Shown here: piece after piece, positions 17,015 through 26,581 of the stretch
Layout: each line of letters starts with the position of its first letter
Numbering within the stretch: position 1 is the first letter of the stretch
IMG/VR virus record: IMGVR_UViG_3300023210_000024
Source: an uncultured virus (IMG/VR IMGVR_UViG_3300023210_000024)
Taxonomy: Duplodnaviria > Heunggongvirae > Uroviricota > Caudoviricetes
DNA length: 64,000 nucleotides
Direction: 5' to 3' (one strand)
Made by a program: the position numbers and the translations under genes
The notes under the pieces: model-generated
What the model was told of the DNA's origin: nothing
Databases searched by the model: none
What the model saw: the letters and a program-made list of their open reading frames with translations, nothing else

Positions 17015-19064
17015 AAGCCATTTCTATTATAACTGTACTAGTTGGCGTTTTTTCTATCGGTACATTCATTTTACCTATAACCACTAAATCAGCTCCACTA
17101 TAAACACCGACTTCCGTTATGTGAACATTTTGTCCACTACCAGGATAAGTAGGGTTTATTGATGTGTTATACTCTGTAGGTGATATTGTGAAATCAAATT
17201 TTGTTCTGTATTTATTTGTCACACCTTTGGTTACTACATTACCATAAAAGAATTTTTCATCGCCAAATTGTAATAACGTTGGTTCAGTTGTCAATGGTAT
17301 ATTTATAAAATCATGTAAATTATATGTTGTTGCTGAATTAACATATAAATTATTTGTTATTGTAAAAGTACTATTTTCTAAATTCAGTTTATCTATTTTT
17401 TGACCTACAACATGACTATCTATATCAGATGTTAAGTCAATCAACCTCCAACCATTAGGTGTTGGGTTAGACCCTAACACACTTCTTTGTACTACTGCGT
17501 AAAGAGTGTCAGCGTTCCAACCAGTCCCACCACTAATTTCCATAAATGGTAGTTGGCCAGATGGGAAATTAAGTGTTAAAGCTTTTGATTCTGTAGGTGG
17601 GCAATCACCACCTAGTGACTCAAAACTACTACAAACAATATAATTACAATGTAACCCTGTTGTATACCCACTATTTGAAGCTAATAAGTATGTGACATAT
17701 AAAACTTGTGTACCGTCTATAACACCATCCAAACTACCTAGTAAGTTAACATTTAATTTAGGTAACGTCCAATTTCTATTACTTTTATATGACATTGCTG
17801 AAACAAGTTCTTGGTCATCTATTGTGAATGTGTGTAACTGTGGAAAAACTCTCCCAACCTTATTACTAAATTCATCCACTAAATTAACGTACTCTATATC
17901 TGTATCAATACCACCCAATGTAACATATCTTGTGTCACCTGACCCTATGAAGGTGTGTCCCATGGTTGTTCCAGTAACTTCTTTATGCCACATTAATGTC
18001 GGCATTACTAAGCTTGGGTAGTATTTTTCATTTAAACTATTGTTAATGTAAAATTGTTGCCCCATTCTTTTCTCGGTTTGGTTTTCGCATGTTTGTGGGT
18101 TGCTATAGTGTATAACGCCTATTGAACTAACTAAATCACAGAACGTTCTAGCTGATGGTGCGATATCACCATCAGCGAGTGTTTCTGGTTGTAGCTCAGA
18201 TGTGTAACCGTAATATTCTTTTGTACCAATAAAATCTTCAGAACCATAGAATTCAAAACCTTCATAAGTACCAGTAATAATACCTGCTTGATTTTGAGAC
18301 CATACATTATTCATGTTCCAAACCGTACCACCACTATAAAAACCACCGCTAGAAAATGTATTTCCAGTTCCAGGATAGAAAGAAGCCCAACATTCGTTAG
18401 TTCCAGAATAACTTGGGAAGTAAGCGAAATCTCTGTCTATATTAATTTGTAGATTATTTGAAGCTAAATCGCCCGAGACATTCTGTACTTTATACCATAA
18501 ATAAGGTACGGGTACATTTGTTAAGTTTTGACTTAACGTTGTGGATAACTCATCATTATTCATTTTAACAAGCATATAATCCCCAATCTTTGGTTCGTAT
18601 GTATTTGAGCCATATGTCGTTGATTGTCTAACTGGTACAAACATTGTCGACCCAGTTAAACCACTAAGCGGTATTACAGTGTCAGATTGATATGAATAAT
18701 CTGTTGAGGTTTGTGATGTGTATGTAACACTAGTACCTGTTGTACCACTAATAAAAAACCCTAATTCTGGTGAGTCTATTATTGTTTGTATAATATTGTC
18801 ATACAAATTCCCTACAGCAATACTTGGTGAAGTACTGGTTGGTGTTGGGTATAATGGTGTTTTTAGGTCTGGATTATTAGATTTAGCTCTTAAATCAATA
18901 TTGTTTGATATGTCATACCCAACGCCTAAGGTTGAATAATCTATTTCAGAATCCCCTAATTTAAAGGTGTCAAAAGTTAATAACCCCTTGGATAATAATT
19001 GTCTACCTTTGTCTGTAAGTCTAGCACTTATTACTATATTACTATTTTTATCGATATAACTCAC
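17004..19064 (-). CDS. Tail/baseplate structural protein with tail-collar-like termini
   Basis: GTG start. N-terminal ARLTDKGRQLL...LGDSEIDY; C-terminal ITEVGVY...IGKMNVPIEK. Confidence 0.7.
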   Translation of the reverse strand: MSYIDKNSNIVISARLTDKGRQLLSKGLLTFDTFKLGDSEIDYSTLGVGYDISNNIDLRAKSNNPDLKTPLYPTPTSTSPSIAVGNLYDNIIQTIIDSPELGFFISGTTGTSVTYTSQTSTDYSYQSDTVIPLSGLTGSTMFVPVRQSTTYGSNTYEPKIGDYMLVKMNNDELSTTLSQNLTNVPVPYLWYKVQNVSGDLASNNLQINIDRDFAYFPSYSGTNECWASFYPGTGNTFSSGGFYSGGTVWNMNNVWSQNQAGIITGTYEGFEFYGSEDFIGTKEYYGYTSELQPETLADGDIAPSARTFCDLVSSIGVIHYSNPQTCENQTEKRMGQQFYINNSLNEKYYPSLVMPTLMWHKEVTGTTMGHTFIGSGDTRYVTLGGIDTDIEYVNLVDEFSNKVGRVFPQLHTFTIDDQELVSAMSYKSNRNWTLPKLNVNLLGSLDGVIDGTQVLYVTYLLASNSGYTTGLHCNYIVCSSFESLGGDCPPTESKALTLNFPSGQLPFMEISGGTGWNADTLYAVVQRSVLGSNPTPNGWRLIDLTSDIDSHVVGQKIDKLNLENSTFTITNNLYVNSATTYNLHDFINIPLTTEPTLLQFGDEKFFYGNVVTKGVTNKYRTKFDFTISPTEYNTSINPTYPGSGQNVHITEVGVYSGADLVVIGKMNVPIEKTPTSTVIIEMAFDL

Positions 19065-19079
19065 TTCTAATCATTTTTA

Positions 19080-19088
19080 TATAAATAT
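19080..19088 (-). promoter_or_regulatory. Putative late-promoter motif ATATTTATA
   Basis: Core lies 15 nt upstream of the GTG start. Confidence 0.55.
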
Positions 19089-19097
19089 GTTATTATT

Positions 19098-22000
19098 TTA
19101 ATTTACGAAATATTCCTTCCGTAATTTTTCAATTGCTGTCTTTCCTCCGTTTATACCAAAGTAATAATATGGTATATTTTTACTAGCGTTATGTGTGGAA
19201 CCAGGACCTGTAGGGGGGTCGTTAGCTTGTTTATCTTCACCTGACCATGGTAACGTGGGTTGATTACAGTCAGTCCCACTTGTTTGACCACAAGGACTAA
19301 ATCTTTGCCCTAATGTATTATCGAATATATACCCACTTATTACTGATGCGTCATCATATTCCGCAATTCCTGGGGCGAATTGTTCTCCCTCTACATTAAT
19401 ATTGGATTGTACTGTTACTATGTCATTATAAATTTTAGGTATTTCTTTGACGTATTGGTAATACTTATTCTTTAATTCATTTTCATGACATCCCTGACCC
19501 CTCTCAAATAACCCATTAACCTTACAGTTTTCAAGACCTACGATATATTTTAAAACGTCTACTGGGTCTTGGTAACTGGAGTGTCCCATGTTATTACTCC
19601 AAAACTCTGGGTCCCACCCATCTTCATAAAATGTACCAGTAAAAAACTCAGGACCTTGTTTATATAAATCAAAAACACAATCATTAGCGTTAACACATTC
19701 TTCTATTTCATTTAATGTGTCTGGACACATCTCTACTCTACCTAAAGATACTATCTTAGTTGATGAATAATTGTTGCAGTAAATGTTATCACCAATATCT
19801 GTTGCTCCATTACCACAAGCCAACCCACCAAGGCTAGATGACCAACAATTACCTTCTACAGTATCGTTATGCCAATGTCTATGATAGTTTTCTATATAAT
19901 CCACCGGTTTGTCACTAGATTCACTACCCCTTACTAAACATTTTTCACACCCCCTATTTATACCACCTATTTGAATTCCATCGTGTGGACAACATTGATT
20001 TCCGCCATAATTGTTCCCACTTTTTTTATCAGAACCAGGTCCACAAAATTTTTCTTTTAATTGTTCTACTCCGTTTACCTTTGTTATTTTAGATTTGTAT
20101 TTGTACTGAAATAAATATAGTGTACCAACTATCCACGCGTCAAATAAACATCTTCTAATAACGTTTCTTTTTTCAGCTAACTCTATAATTCTACAACATA
20201 ACCATTCTTGAATGGTATCCATTGCCTCACAATTGTCTTCACTAGGTATAATCGAGAATCCTTTAAAGCAAATGGTAGGGTTAGTTGGGCAACTGGAATT
20301 TGGGTCATTTGCGTTTGTTGGACACCCACACGCCGATTGAACACATATGATATCAGGACAATTTATGGTGGTATTACAGCTATTGGAACTACAACCAGCG
20401 GTACCATCACAAGGAGCTCCGTTATCAGCACCACAGACACCACCTGGACAATTAGTACATACACAATAAGAGGTTCCGGCACAATCTAAAGCAAACCCTC
20501 TATAACCCTGCCCTACACCATAGAGCTCGTCACAATACGCTCCGTCATCATCATCTACGAATTTGCCCATAACATCCCCAAGCCACACAAATGGTTGAAT
20601 TATAATGGCTCTGTAAAATCTAAATATACATATTGTATTGTTGAATATACTAAAACTAGCGGAAATACCAAAATAGAAACCGAACTTTAAACCTATTAAT
20701 AGTATTATAAGTTTCATGAACATTGCACCAATCTTTAGGAAAAAACTGCCTAACCCGAATAAAAAATCGGCCTTTTTCATTGCCGTATTAAATGGCATTG
20801 GGTTATTGTTTGACCCATTACCGTCAGTATTTTTTAAACCTAAAAAACTCCACCTATTAGAACCCTTTTTATATTTTTTAATATAATTAGCGACAGTGTA
20901 TAGTTGTTTCCATTCAAATAGTTGGAAGTCTCTATCAATATCTTTATAGTCACGTATGTCATCTGTAAATCTTTGGTCTTCAGTTCCTCCTATGTAGGAT
21001 TGTTGTCCCGTACTTGTATACCCCTTGGAACCACCATGTAATGAACTTAAGCTAGGCACTATCATATTTGCGGTCCTTCTTTTACGGTTAGCGGGTGCTT
21101 CGTTAAAGGACATTTTCATCCTATAATAAGCTTTTGTAGGTAAACCTATCTGTGGGTCGGCTGACGCGACTAACTTTCCTGATTCATCTGTAATAACTGT
21201 ACCGACATTCATAGGCAAAGGAAACGCGAATGTACCATCATCATCTATTAAATCACCCCCTTTAATATCAAAAAATTCTAGGCCTGTTGCCTCTATTTTT
21301 TTATTAACAACCCACTCTACTGGGTTTATTTTGCTCGCTCTAATAAAATTTATTTTTCCTGCCCCAGTTCTAAGTTCCGCTGACTCTCCTTGGTCGTTAG
21401 TTGGGTTACACCTTTTACTTATTGAGTTTTTTTCACTATCTGAAAATATAGACCCCATAAATAAAGCTGTAGGTACAATGTCTGTGTTTGTGTCTAAATC
21501 CACCCTTGTTATACCTATTTCACAATTTTCTGGGTCACCCCAAAATGGTATAACGTCTATACCTTGGTTTGTTGTCTTTACTTGTGGTAATGTGTCAATA
21601 TTTGACGATGTTTTGAACTCTGATGTACTTTCAAAAAACCCTAAAGGGGCTCCTTGTGCGATTAAATCATACGGCCTAACACTTAAAAGTCCGGCATCAC
21701 TTAAGTCCACATCCATGTGTACTAACCTTTCACCCGTTGGAACACCGAATAACATGTAATCCCCAGATTCATTAGTTTTTGTGGTATATTTAAAGTATTT
21801 TTCAAAAACTTCTATGACCAAGTCGTTGGATAGTAACGTTTCTTTATCGGGAAAAGTACCTACCGCCTTATTTAAGTCACACGTTGTTCTGTTTAATAGT
21901 AAGTTATATCTAATGCCATCTTTTCTTTCAGGTGATATGTATGGGTATAAGTCTTTTATTAATAGATTTTTTTCATCCTCACTACTTATTGGTACAAATA

Positions 22001-22220
22001 CGGATACTTTAGCGTTAGGTACACCAAAACCCTTATTAGCTATCACCCTACCAATCACAACACCATAATTAGCACAAAAATTAGTGTATAAATCTTCTTG
22101 TGAAATTTTTAAACTTAAAACCTCTAAAAAATCAAAACTTTGTTCTAATTTTAAAGTTAAATGTTTATCATCACCACCTGGTGTTGTACGTAATCTTATA
22201 GTTTTATTTAGTTTTTCCAT
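19098..22220 (-). CDS. Large Cys-rich virion protein with carboxypeptidase-regulatory-like N-domain
   Basis: GVVIGRV...VPNAKVSVF...TNESGDYMLFGVP; hydrophobic segment near aa 490-545; Cys-rich central region. Confidence 0.65.
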   Translation of the reverse strand: MEKLNKTIRLRTTPGGDDKHLTLKLEQSFDFLEVLSLKISQEDLYTNFCANYGVVIGRVIANKGFGVPNAKVSVFVPISSEDEKNLLIKDLYPYISPERKDGIRYNLLLNRTTCDLNKAVGTFPDKETLLSNDLVIEVFEKYFKYTTKTNESGDYMLFGVPTGERLVHMDVDLSDAGLLSVRPYDLIAQGAPLGFFESTSEFKTSSNIDTLPQVKTTNQGIDVIPFWGDPENCEIGITRVDLDTNTDIVPTALFMGSIFSDSEKNSISKRCNPTNDQGESAELRTGAGKINFIRASKINPVEWVVNKKIEATGLEFFDIKGGDLIDDDGTFAFPLPMNVGTVITDESGKLVASADPQIGLPTKAYYRMKMSFNEAPANRKRRTANMIVPSLSSLHGGSKGYTSTGQQSYIGGTEDQRFTDDIRDYKDIDRDFQLFEWKQLYTVANYIKKYKKGSNRWSFLGLKNTDGNGSNNNPMPFNTAMKKADFLFGLGSFFLKIGAMFMKLIILLIGLKFGFYFGISASFSIFNNTICIFRFYRAIIIQPFVWLGDVMGKFVDDDDGAYCDELYGVGQGYRGFALDCAGTSYCVCTNCPGGVCGADNGAPCDGTAGCSSNSCNTTINCPDIICVQSACGCPTNANDPNSSCPTNPTICFKGFSIIPSEDNCEAMDTIQEWLCCRIIELAEKRNVIRRCLFDAWIVGTLYLFQYKYKSKITKVNGVEQLKEKFCGPGSDKKSGNNYGGNQCCPHDGIQIGGINRGCEKCLVRGSESSDKPVDYIENYHRHWHNDTVEGNCWSSSLGGLACGNGATDIGDNIYCNNYSSTKIVSLGRVEMCPDTLNEIEECVNANDCVFDLYKQGPEFFTGTFYEDGWDPEFWSNNMGHSSYQDPVDVLKYIVGLENCKVNGLFERGQGCHENELKNKYYQYVKEIPKIYNDIVTVQSNINVEGEQFAPGIAEYDDASVISGYIFDNTLGQRFSPCGQTSGTDCNQPTLPWSGEDKQANDPPTGPGSTHNASKNIPYYYFGINGGKTAIEKLRKEYFVN

Positions 22221-23770
22221 TAATAACCATAAATTATTTTATCATTTTTAGTGTTAAATTCACCCACAACATTAGAGCTTGTTATGATACTTTCTTTTAA
22301 AATATTTTTATATGTTTTTTCAAATATCACCCTAAACTTATAGTCTTTATTAACCCCTAAATTAATTATGTCTGTCTGATATGTCACATCGTTAATATTA
22401 TATTTGACATATTTTGTTGTAAATAAACTAACCCAATTAGTGTCAGATTTTTCAGTAACTTCTACCTTAAATAAACCGGTGTTATTTTTTGGTTCCCTTA
22501 TTGGGGTGACCTTCCATGGTATGGTGACACTGTCTTTATCTAAAGTACCTAGATTATTATACACATCTAATCTAGTTTTAAAATACCAAAAAGAAAGTAT
22601 ATCACCCTTTTTAATAGTTATAAAGTGTGGGTTAAATATTATCTTGTTCGGTGTTGTTGAACTTTCATAGAACTCTATACCCGAAACTAATTTTACACCA
22701 TTTAAAACCCCCACAATTACTGAGTTTGAGTCAAAATCTGAGGTTAAAAACACCTCTTGAGTACCTTTTACTGTGTTAGTATTAACTATATTTACTGTAG
22801 AAGCTGACACATCTTCTGTAAACCCAGTAACTTTGAACGTGTCTATATTAAATTTGTCTTGTCTACTCATCCCCAGGGCTGTTAAAAAACTTTGTGGCCC
22901 AATTAAGTAAACTATCGCTATTATATCTGTAGACTCTATTTCACCACTAAATATATTCACTATTGGTGTTGTTGATGGGAATAAGGATGTATCTAAACTA
23001 TAATCTAAATTTTCTGTTAGCCTAATGCCGTTAACATATAGGTTTATTTTATTACCAAGTGGTTGACTAGCTAAATTAAAAAAGTTTTGATATGCACTCC
23101 CTTGTATTATTTGTTGGGTTAACTCTACGCTATTCACTAAATCGGATGGTGTGTTAACAATGCTTGGTTGTGATGGGTTTGTAACCGTAGTAAAGTACCA
23201 ATCATAATTAAAATTAAAATTGTTTAACTGGTTTGAGTTTTTCCATGTGTCCACATCTTTCTTTATACAGTCTTTAGGTGTGAACTTGTAATAACTCCTT
23301 AACATATAATCACTATTTGTAAAAGGTAGGCCACCCACACTAATAACACTATTTAAAGTTGTTGATGTTAGTGCACTAAATGCGTAACATTTTTGATAGG
23401 TAGGGGTAACGTTATTTAATGTTTTATTAGCGTTGTTTAGTACAAAATTAGACCTATTGTATATTTTATAACAAAAATTACCAGTATACCCAGTATAATC
23501 TGTAGAACCAGTAAAATTAAAACCTAAATCAGTCTCTTGGACTTCTGAAAAATTATATACGGAATAGCAGTTTGTTGGGGTGCCACTGCACGGTGTTGTC
23601 GCCCCTGTTATAGGTTTTGTTGCCCCACTTAACCAATATGTTGGGCCTTCAAACGGTTCGAAACAAAAATTAGTGACAGAGTTAACATTATAAATGTTAC
23701 TTAAACCTAAGTCCCTATCTAAATCCCTATCTAGATATTTATTTTCTTTTATTTTACATAAAAATCCCAT
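22220..23770 (-). CDS. Putative baseplate/tail structural protein
   Basis: Two LYVNGIRL / VLNGVKL beta-repeat units; structural-block context. Confidence 0.6.
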   Translation of the reverse strand: MGFLCKIKENKYLDRDLDRDLGLSNIYNVNSVTNFCFEPFEGPTYWLSGATKPITGATTPCSGTPTNCYSVYNFSEVQETDLGFNFTGSTDYTGYTGNFCYKIYNRSNFVLNNANKTLNNVTPTYQKCYAFSALTSTTLNSVISVGGLPFTNSDYMLRSYYKFTPKDCIKKDVDTWKNSNQLNNFNFNYDWYFTTVTNPSQPSIVNTPSDLVNSVELTQQIIQGSAYQNFFNLASQPLGNKINLYVNGIRLTENLDYSLDTSLFPSTTPIVNIFSGEIESTDIIAIVYLIGPQSFLTALGMSRQDKFNIDTFKVTGFTEDVSASTVNIVNTNTVKGTQEVFLTSDFDSNSVIVGVLNGVKLVSGIEFYESSTTPNKIIFNPHFITIKKGDILSFWYFKTRLDVYNNLGTLDKDSVTIPWKVTPIREPKNNTGLFKVEVTEKSDTNWVSLFTTKYVKYNINDVTYQTDIINLGVNKDYKFRVIFEKTYKNILKESIITSSNVVGEFNTKNDKIIYGY

Positions 23771-24321
23771 TATTCAGTTATTGTTTGTGTTGGTTGTAAT
23801 CTATCTTGGTATAGTTGTTTTCTTTTTTTTCTATCGTCTAAGTTAGTGACTATCAAAGGTTTTATTGTTGTTTTACCGTATTCTTTGGGTAGTGGGTTAA
23901 TTTTTACTGTGTCTGTTGATATTGGCCCATTTTTTGTTGACTCATAATCTAACGGACTAAATGTTGTGTTATTTATATCTGCGTTTACAGTGTTTGGGTC
24001 ATAACTTTTTGACTTACCGTTGGCAATTCTTCTTCCTCCGTTTGTAGCACTATTTGGTATAGTGGTGACTTCACCCTCAACAAACTCATAATCAAAATCA
24101 CACTCATCATATTGTGTACATATCTCGTCTTCTCTGTTACACCATTTTTCACCAGAAACAAAGATAGTTGTAGCTGGTATAAATTGTTCAACAAACTGTA
24201 CCCAAAAACTTTGGAAGGTCTTTTTGTACCCTTCTAGTTGTAATAAAGTTATTTTTTGTTCACAATATTTTTTATTAAAATCAGCTTTTACTGTTACGAT
24301 ATTAGTGTTATGACTACTCAT
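23770..24321 (-). CDS. Structural protein (FVEQFIPATT domain)
   Basis: 183 aa with its own A-rich start context. Confidence 0.6.
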   Translation of the reverse strand: MSSHNTNIVTVKADFNKKYCEQKITLLQLEGYKKTFQSFWVQFVEQFIPATTIFVSGEKWCNREDEICTQYDECDFDYEFVEGEVTTIPNSATNGGRRIANGKSKSYDPNTVNADINNTTFSPLDYESTKNGPISTDTVKINPLPKEYGKTTIKPLIVTNLDDRKKRKQLYQDRLQPTQTITE

Positions 24322-24391
24322 TTTTTATTTATTATATTTAGTTTAAATGTTATATATCTATTAGTTAATTTAAGTGTTTAATTTATACATC

Positions 24392-26569
24392 CTAAGAGTA
24401 TTCTATAAACCATTGAAATTTATATAATTTTGTACCTGAATTTGAGTTTATATTCATCTCAAACGTATAATACCCTTTACTATAACAAGTTTCACTATTA
24501 CCAGGTATAGGAGTTGTGACAGCTTGATTACCGATTATTCTGGATAAAGGATAAGCATTGGTAAAAGGAAGTTCCATATATAAGGTACCGATATCTCCAA
24601 CATTATCTCCAGCTGTTCCTCCTAAAACTTCTTGAACACCAGCCCCAGGAAAAGCTTGACTTCCTTGAAATTGTGCTACTGCTTTATTTCCTGAAGTAGT
24701 ACCTGTTGGAGCGTTTTGATAACCTTGTGTAAAGAAAGCGTTAATGTTTCCTCCAGCAATATCAGCCCACTTAATATTTGAATATACTTTAAATTTCTCA
24801 ACCCAAGCTGGAAAATTATTTGTGTTCCAAGTACCTGTTTCAACTACACCGCTACCACCCCATCCAAGACCTACAGAAGATTCGTTAGCAGTTCCTTGAC
24901 CCGCATTAAAACCAGCCGAAGAAACACCATTTGTATGGTTAATTTCCATTTCTTGAAGAACTATTTGCTGAATAGCGGGAGCACTCCAAGTCCAAGCACC
25001 AGGTAAAGGATTTTGTGTACAATAAAAAGTATAAGTTCTACCATCATTTGGAATAGAAGCTACACCATCAACCACACCGTTTATTTCACCACCTACTACA
25101 GATGGAAAAACTTTTATAGGTAAAAGTGAATTATTAATAAAAACTGTTTGTCTACCCGTAGTTGGGTCTGGTAGTCTTGTAGCTAAATCTGAAGTTGTGG
25201 CGGAAGTTATAATGTTAACACCATATATAGCTTGGGAAGTGGATGCGTTTGTGGTTCCTTCTAAAATTAAATTATCATTAATTTCATTTGTAGCACTTAC
25301 AACATTACCACTTGAATCAATGCCTAAGTTATTAACCGATGTTCCAGTGCCTACGGTACCAATATTAAGATTCGGAACATAAACCGTATCATTTGTTGTA
25401 CCAGTAATTCCAATACCACCAATAACAACTGTATTAGTTACACCAGAAAGTATCACTGAATTATTACTACCTATTAATACAGCTCTTTTATCACTTGGTC
25501 CAGTTTTTGCGTGATTATTAACATTTTCGTGGATAATAATTTCATCCCAATTAATATAATCGGTGAGGTCAGCAGTCCAATCTTTATCACCCCAAATAGT
25601 CATACCTATATCAAGGTTTCCGAATGAGTCACCAACACCAAATTGAAGTGCTCCATCTGTTGTACCACTACTCATATACATCCAAGGACCAGTATAGGTA
25701 CCACTATTTGTCCCAATGAATAAATCATTAAGACCAGCTTGTAGATTTATCGTACCACCACCAGTATCTGATGTAATGTCTTTACCACTTTGGACAACAA
25801 GATTCGGAACATAAACAGTATCATTAGTTGTTCCTGTTATGTTTTGCCCCCCTAAAATTACAGCTCTTTGTATACCAGATAGGACAGTATTATTGTCACC
25901 ACCAATAATAGCAGAATTACCACCACCTAATATACTATTATTATTACCACCTAATATGCTAACCCCACCAGTTGAGCCATAACTAGTACTTACAAAAGAA
26001 TTAGTTGACCCTAAAATAATATTATTTTCAACCCTACTTCCACCACCAATTTCGTTAGTGTCACCACCGATAATAGCGTTGTATCTACCAATCTGAGAAG
26101 GTGTAATTTTATTGGTACTGCCACCTAACATGACATTACTATCAAAGCTAGTACCATGCGTTCCTGTAGAAGCTGTAAGTACGTGTGAATCCCCAAAAAT
26201 AAAAGAATTAGTTGTTTCGGAATCTATTATTGAATCAACATATGTTACTGTGTCGTGAATAGTTATAGGTGAACAACCATATAAATTTGTTATATATAAA
26301 TCTGTTATACAATCTCCTGATGTGTTTCCTGTGAATGTTACACCAGCATACTCTGGAACATTTAATGTCCCACTAATTAAAGTTGATGGTCCTGTTGTAC
26401 CTGTTGTTGTTAAACTAGTGAATGGGATAGAAGGTACTAAATCACCTACCCCAATTGCGAACGATGTTCCAGCTGGGTTATCTGTTGGGTCACTCACATC
26501 TACTATGTGAATTAAATCATTACTGGCTGGTGAACCACTAAAAATTACTCTATCTGTTAAAATACTCAT
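24392..26569 (-). CDS. Tail fibre / receptor-binding protein
   Basis: N-terminal DLIHIVDVSD...GTSF attachment motif; Gly/Asn IIGG.N beta-roll-like repeats; duplicated GTTNDTVYVPNL. Confidence 0.7.
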   Translation of the reverse strand: MSILTDRVIFSGSPASNDLIHIVDVSDPTDNPAGTSFAIGVGDLVPSIPFTSLTTTGTTGPSTLISGTLNVPEYAGVTFTGNTSGDCITDLYITNLYGCSPITIHDTVTYVDSIIDSETTNSFIFGDSHVLTASTGTHGTSFDSNVMLGGSTNKITPSQIGRYNAIIGGDTNEIGGGSRVENNIILGSTNSFVSTSYGSTGGVSILGGNNNSILGGGNSAIIGGDNNTVLSGIQRAVILGGQNITGTTNDTVYVPNLVVQSGKDITSDTGGGTINLQAGLNDLFIGTNSGTYTGPWMYMSSGTTDGALQFGVGDSFGNLDIGMTIWGDKDWTADLTDYINWDEIIIHENVNNHAKTGPSDKRAVLIGSNNSVILSGVTNTVVIGGIGITGTTNDTVYVPNLNIGTVGTGTSVNNLGIDSSGNVVSATNEINDNLILEGTTNASTSQAIYGVNIITSATTSDLATRLPDPTTGRQTVFINNSLLPIKVFPSVVGGEINGVVDGVASIPNDGRTYTFYCTQNPLPGAWTWSAPAIQQIVLQEMEINHTNGVSSAGFNAGQGTANESSVGLGWGGSGVVETGTWNTNNFPAWVEKFKVYSNIKWADIAGGNINAFFTQGYQNAPTGTTSGNKAVAQFQGSQAFPGAGVQEVLGGTAGDNVGDIGTLYMELPFTNAYPLSRIIGNQAVTTPIPGNSETCYSKGYYTFEMNINSNSGTKLYKFQWFIEYS
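25368..25833. repeat. Imperfect ~35-bp direct repeat inside the fibre gene
   Basis: aagattcggaacataaac(c/a)gtatcatt(t/a)gttgt(a/t)cc at ~25368 and ~25799. Confidence 0.7.
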
Positions 26570-26581
26570 TTTTTTTTGTTT

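Noticed and set aside
19048..19074. 8-codon upstream ORF (MIRSELYR) overlapping the GTG start, possible frameshift
   Set aside because: The GTG lies at the same distance from the TATTTATA motif as other starts do, and no slippery site is evident.
24392..26569. Diversity-generating retroelement target or invertible fibre cassette
   Set aside because: No reverse transcriptase or invertase in the window. The internal repeat is short, and no adenine-specific template/variable pair or flanking inverted repeats were seen.
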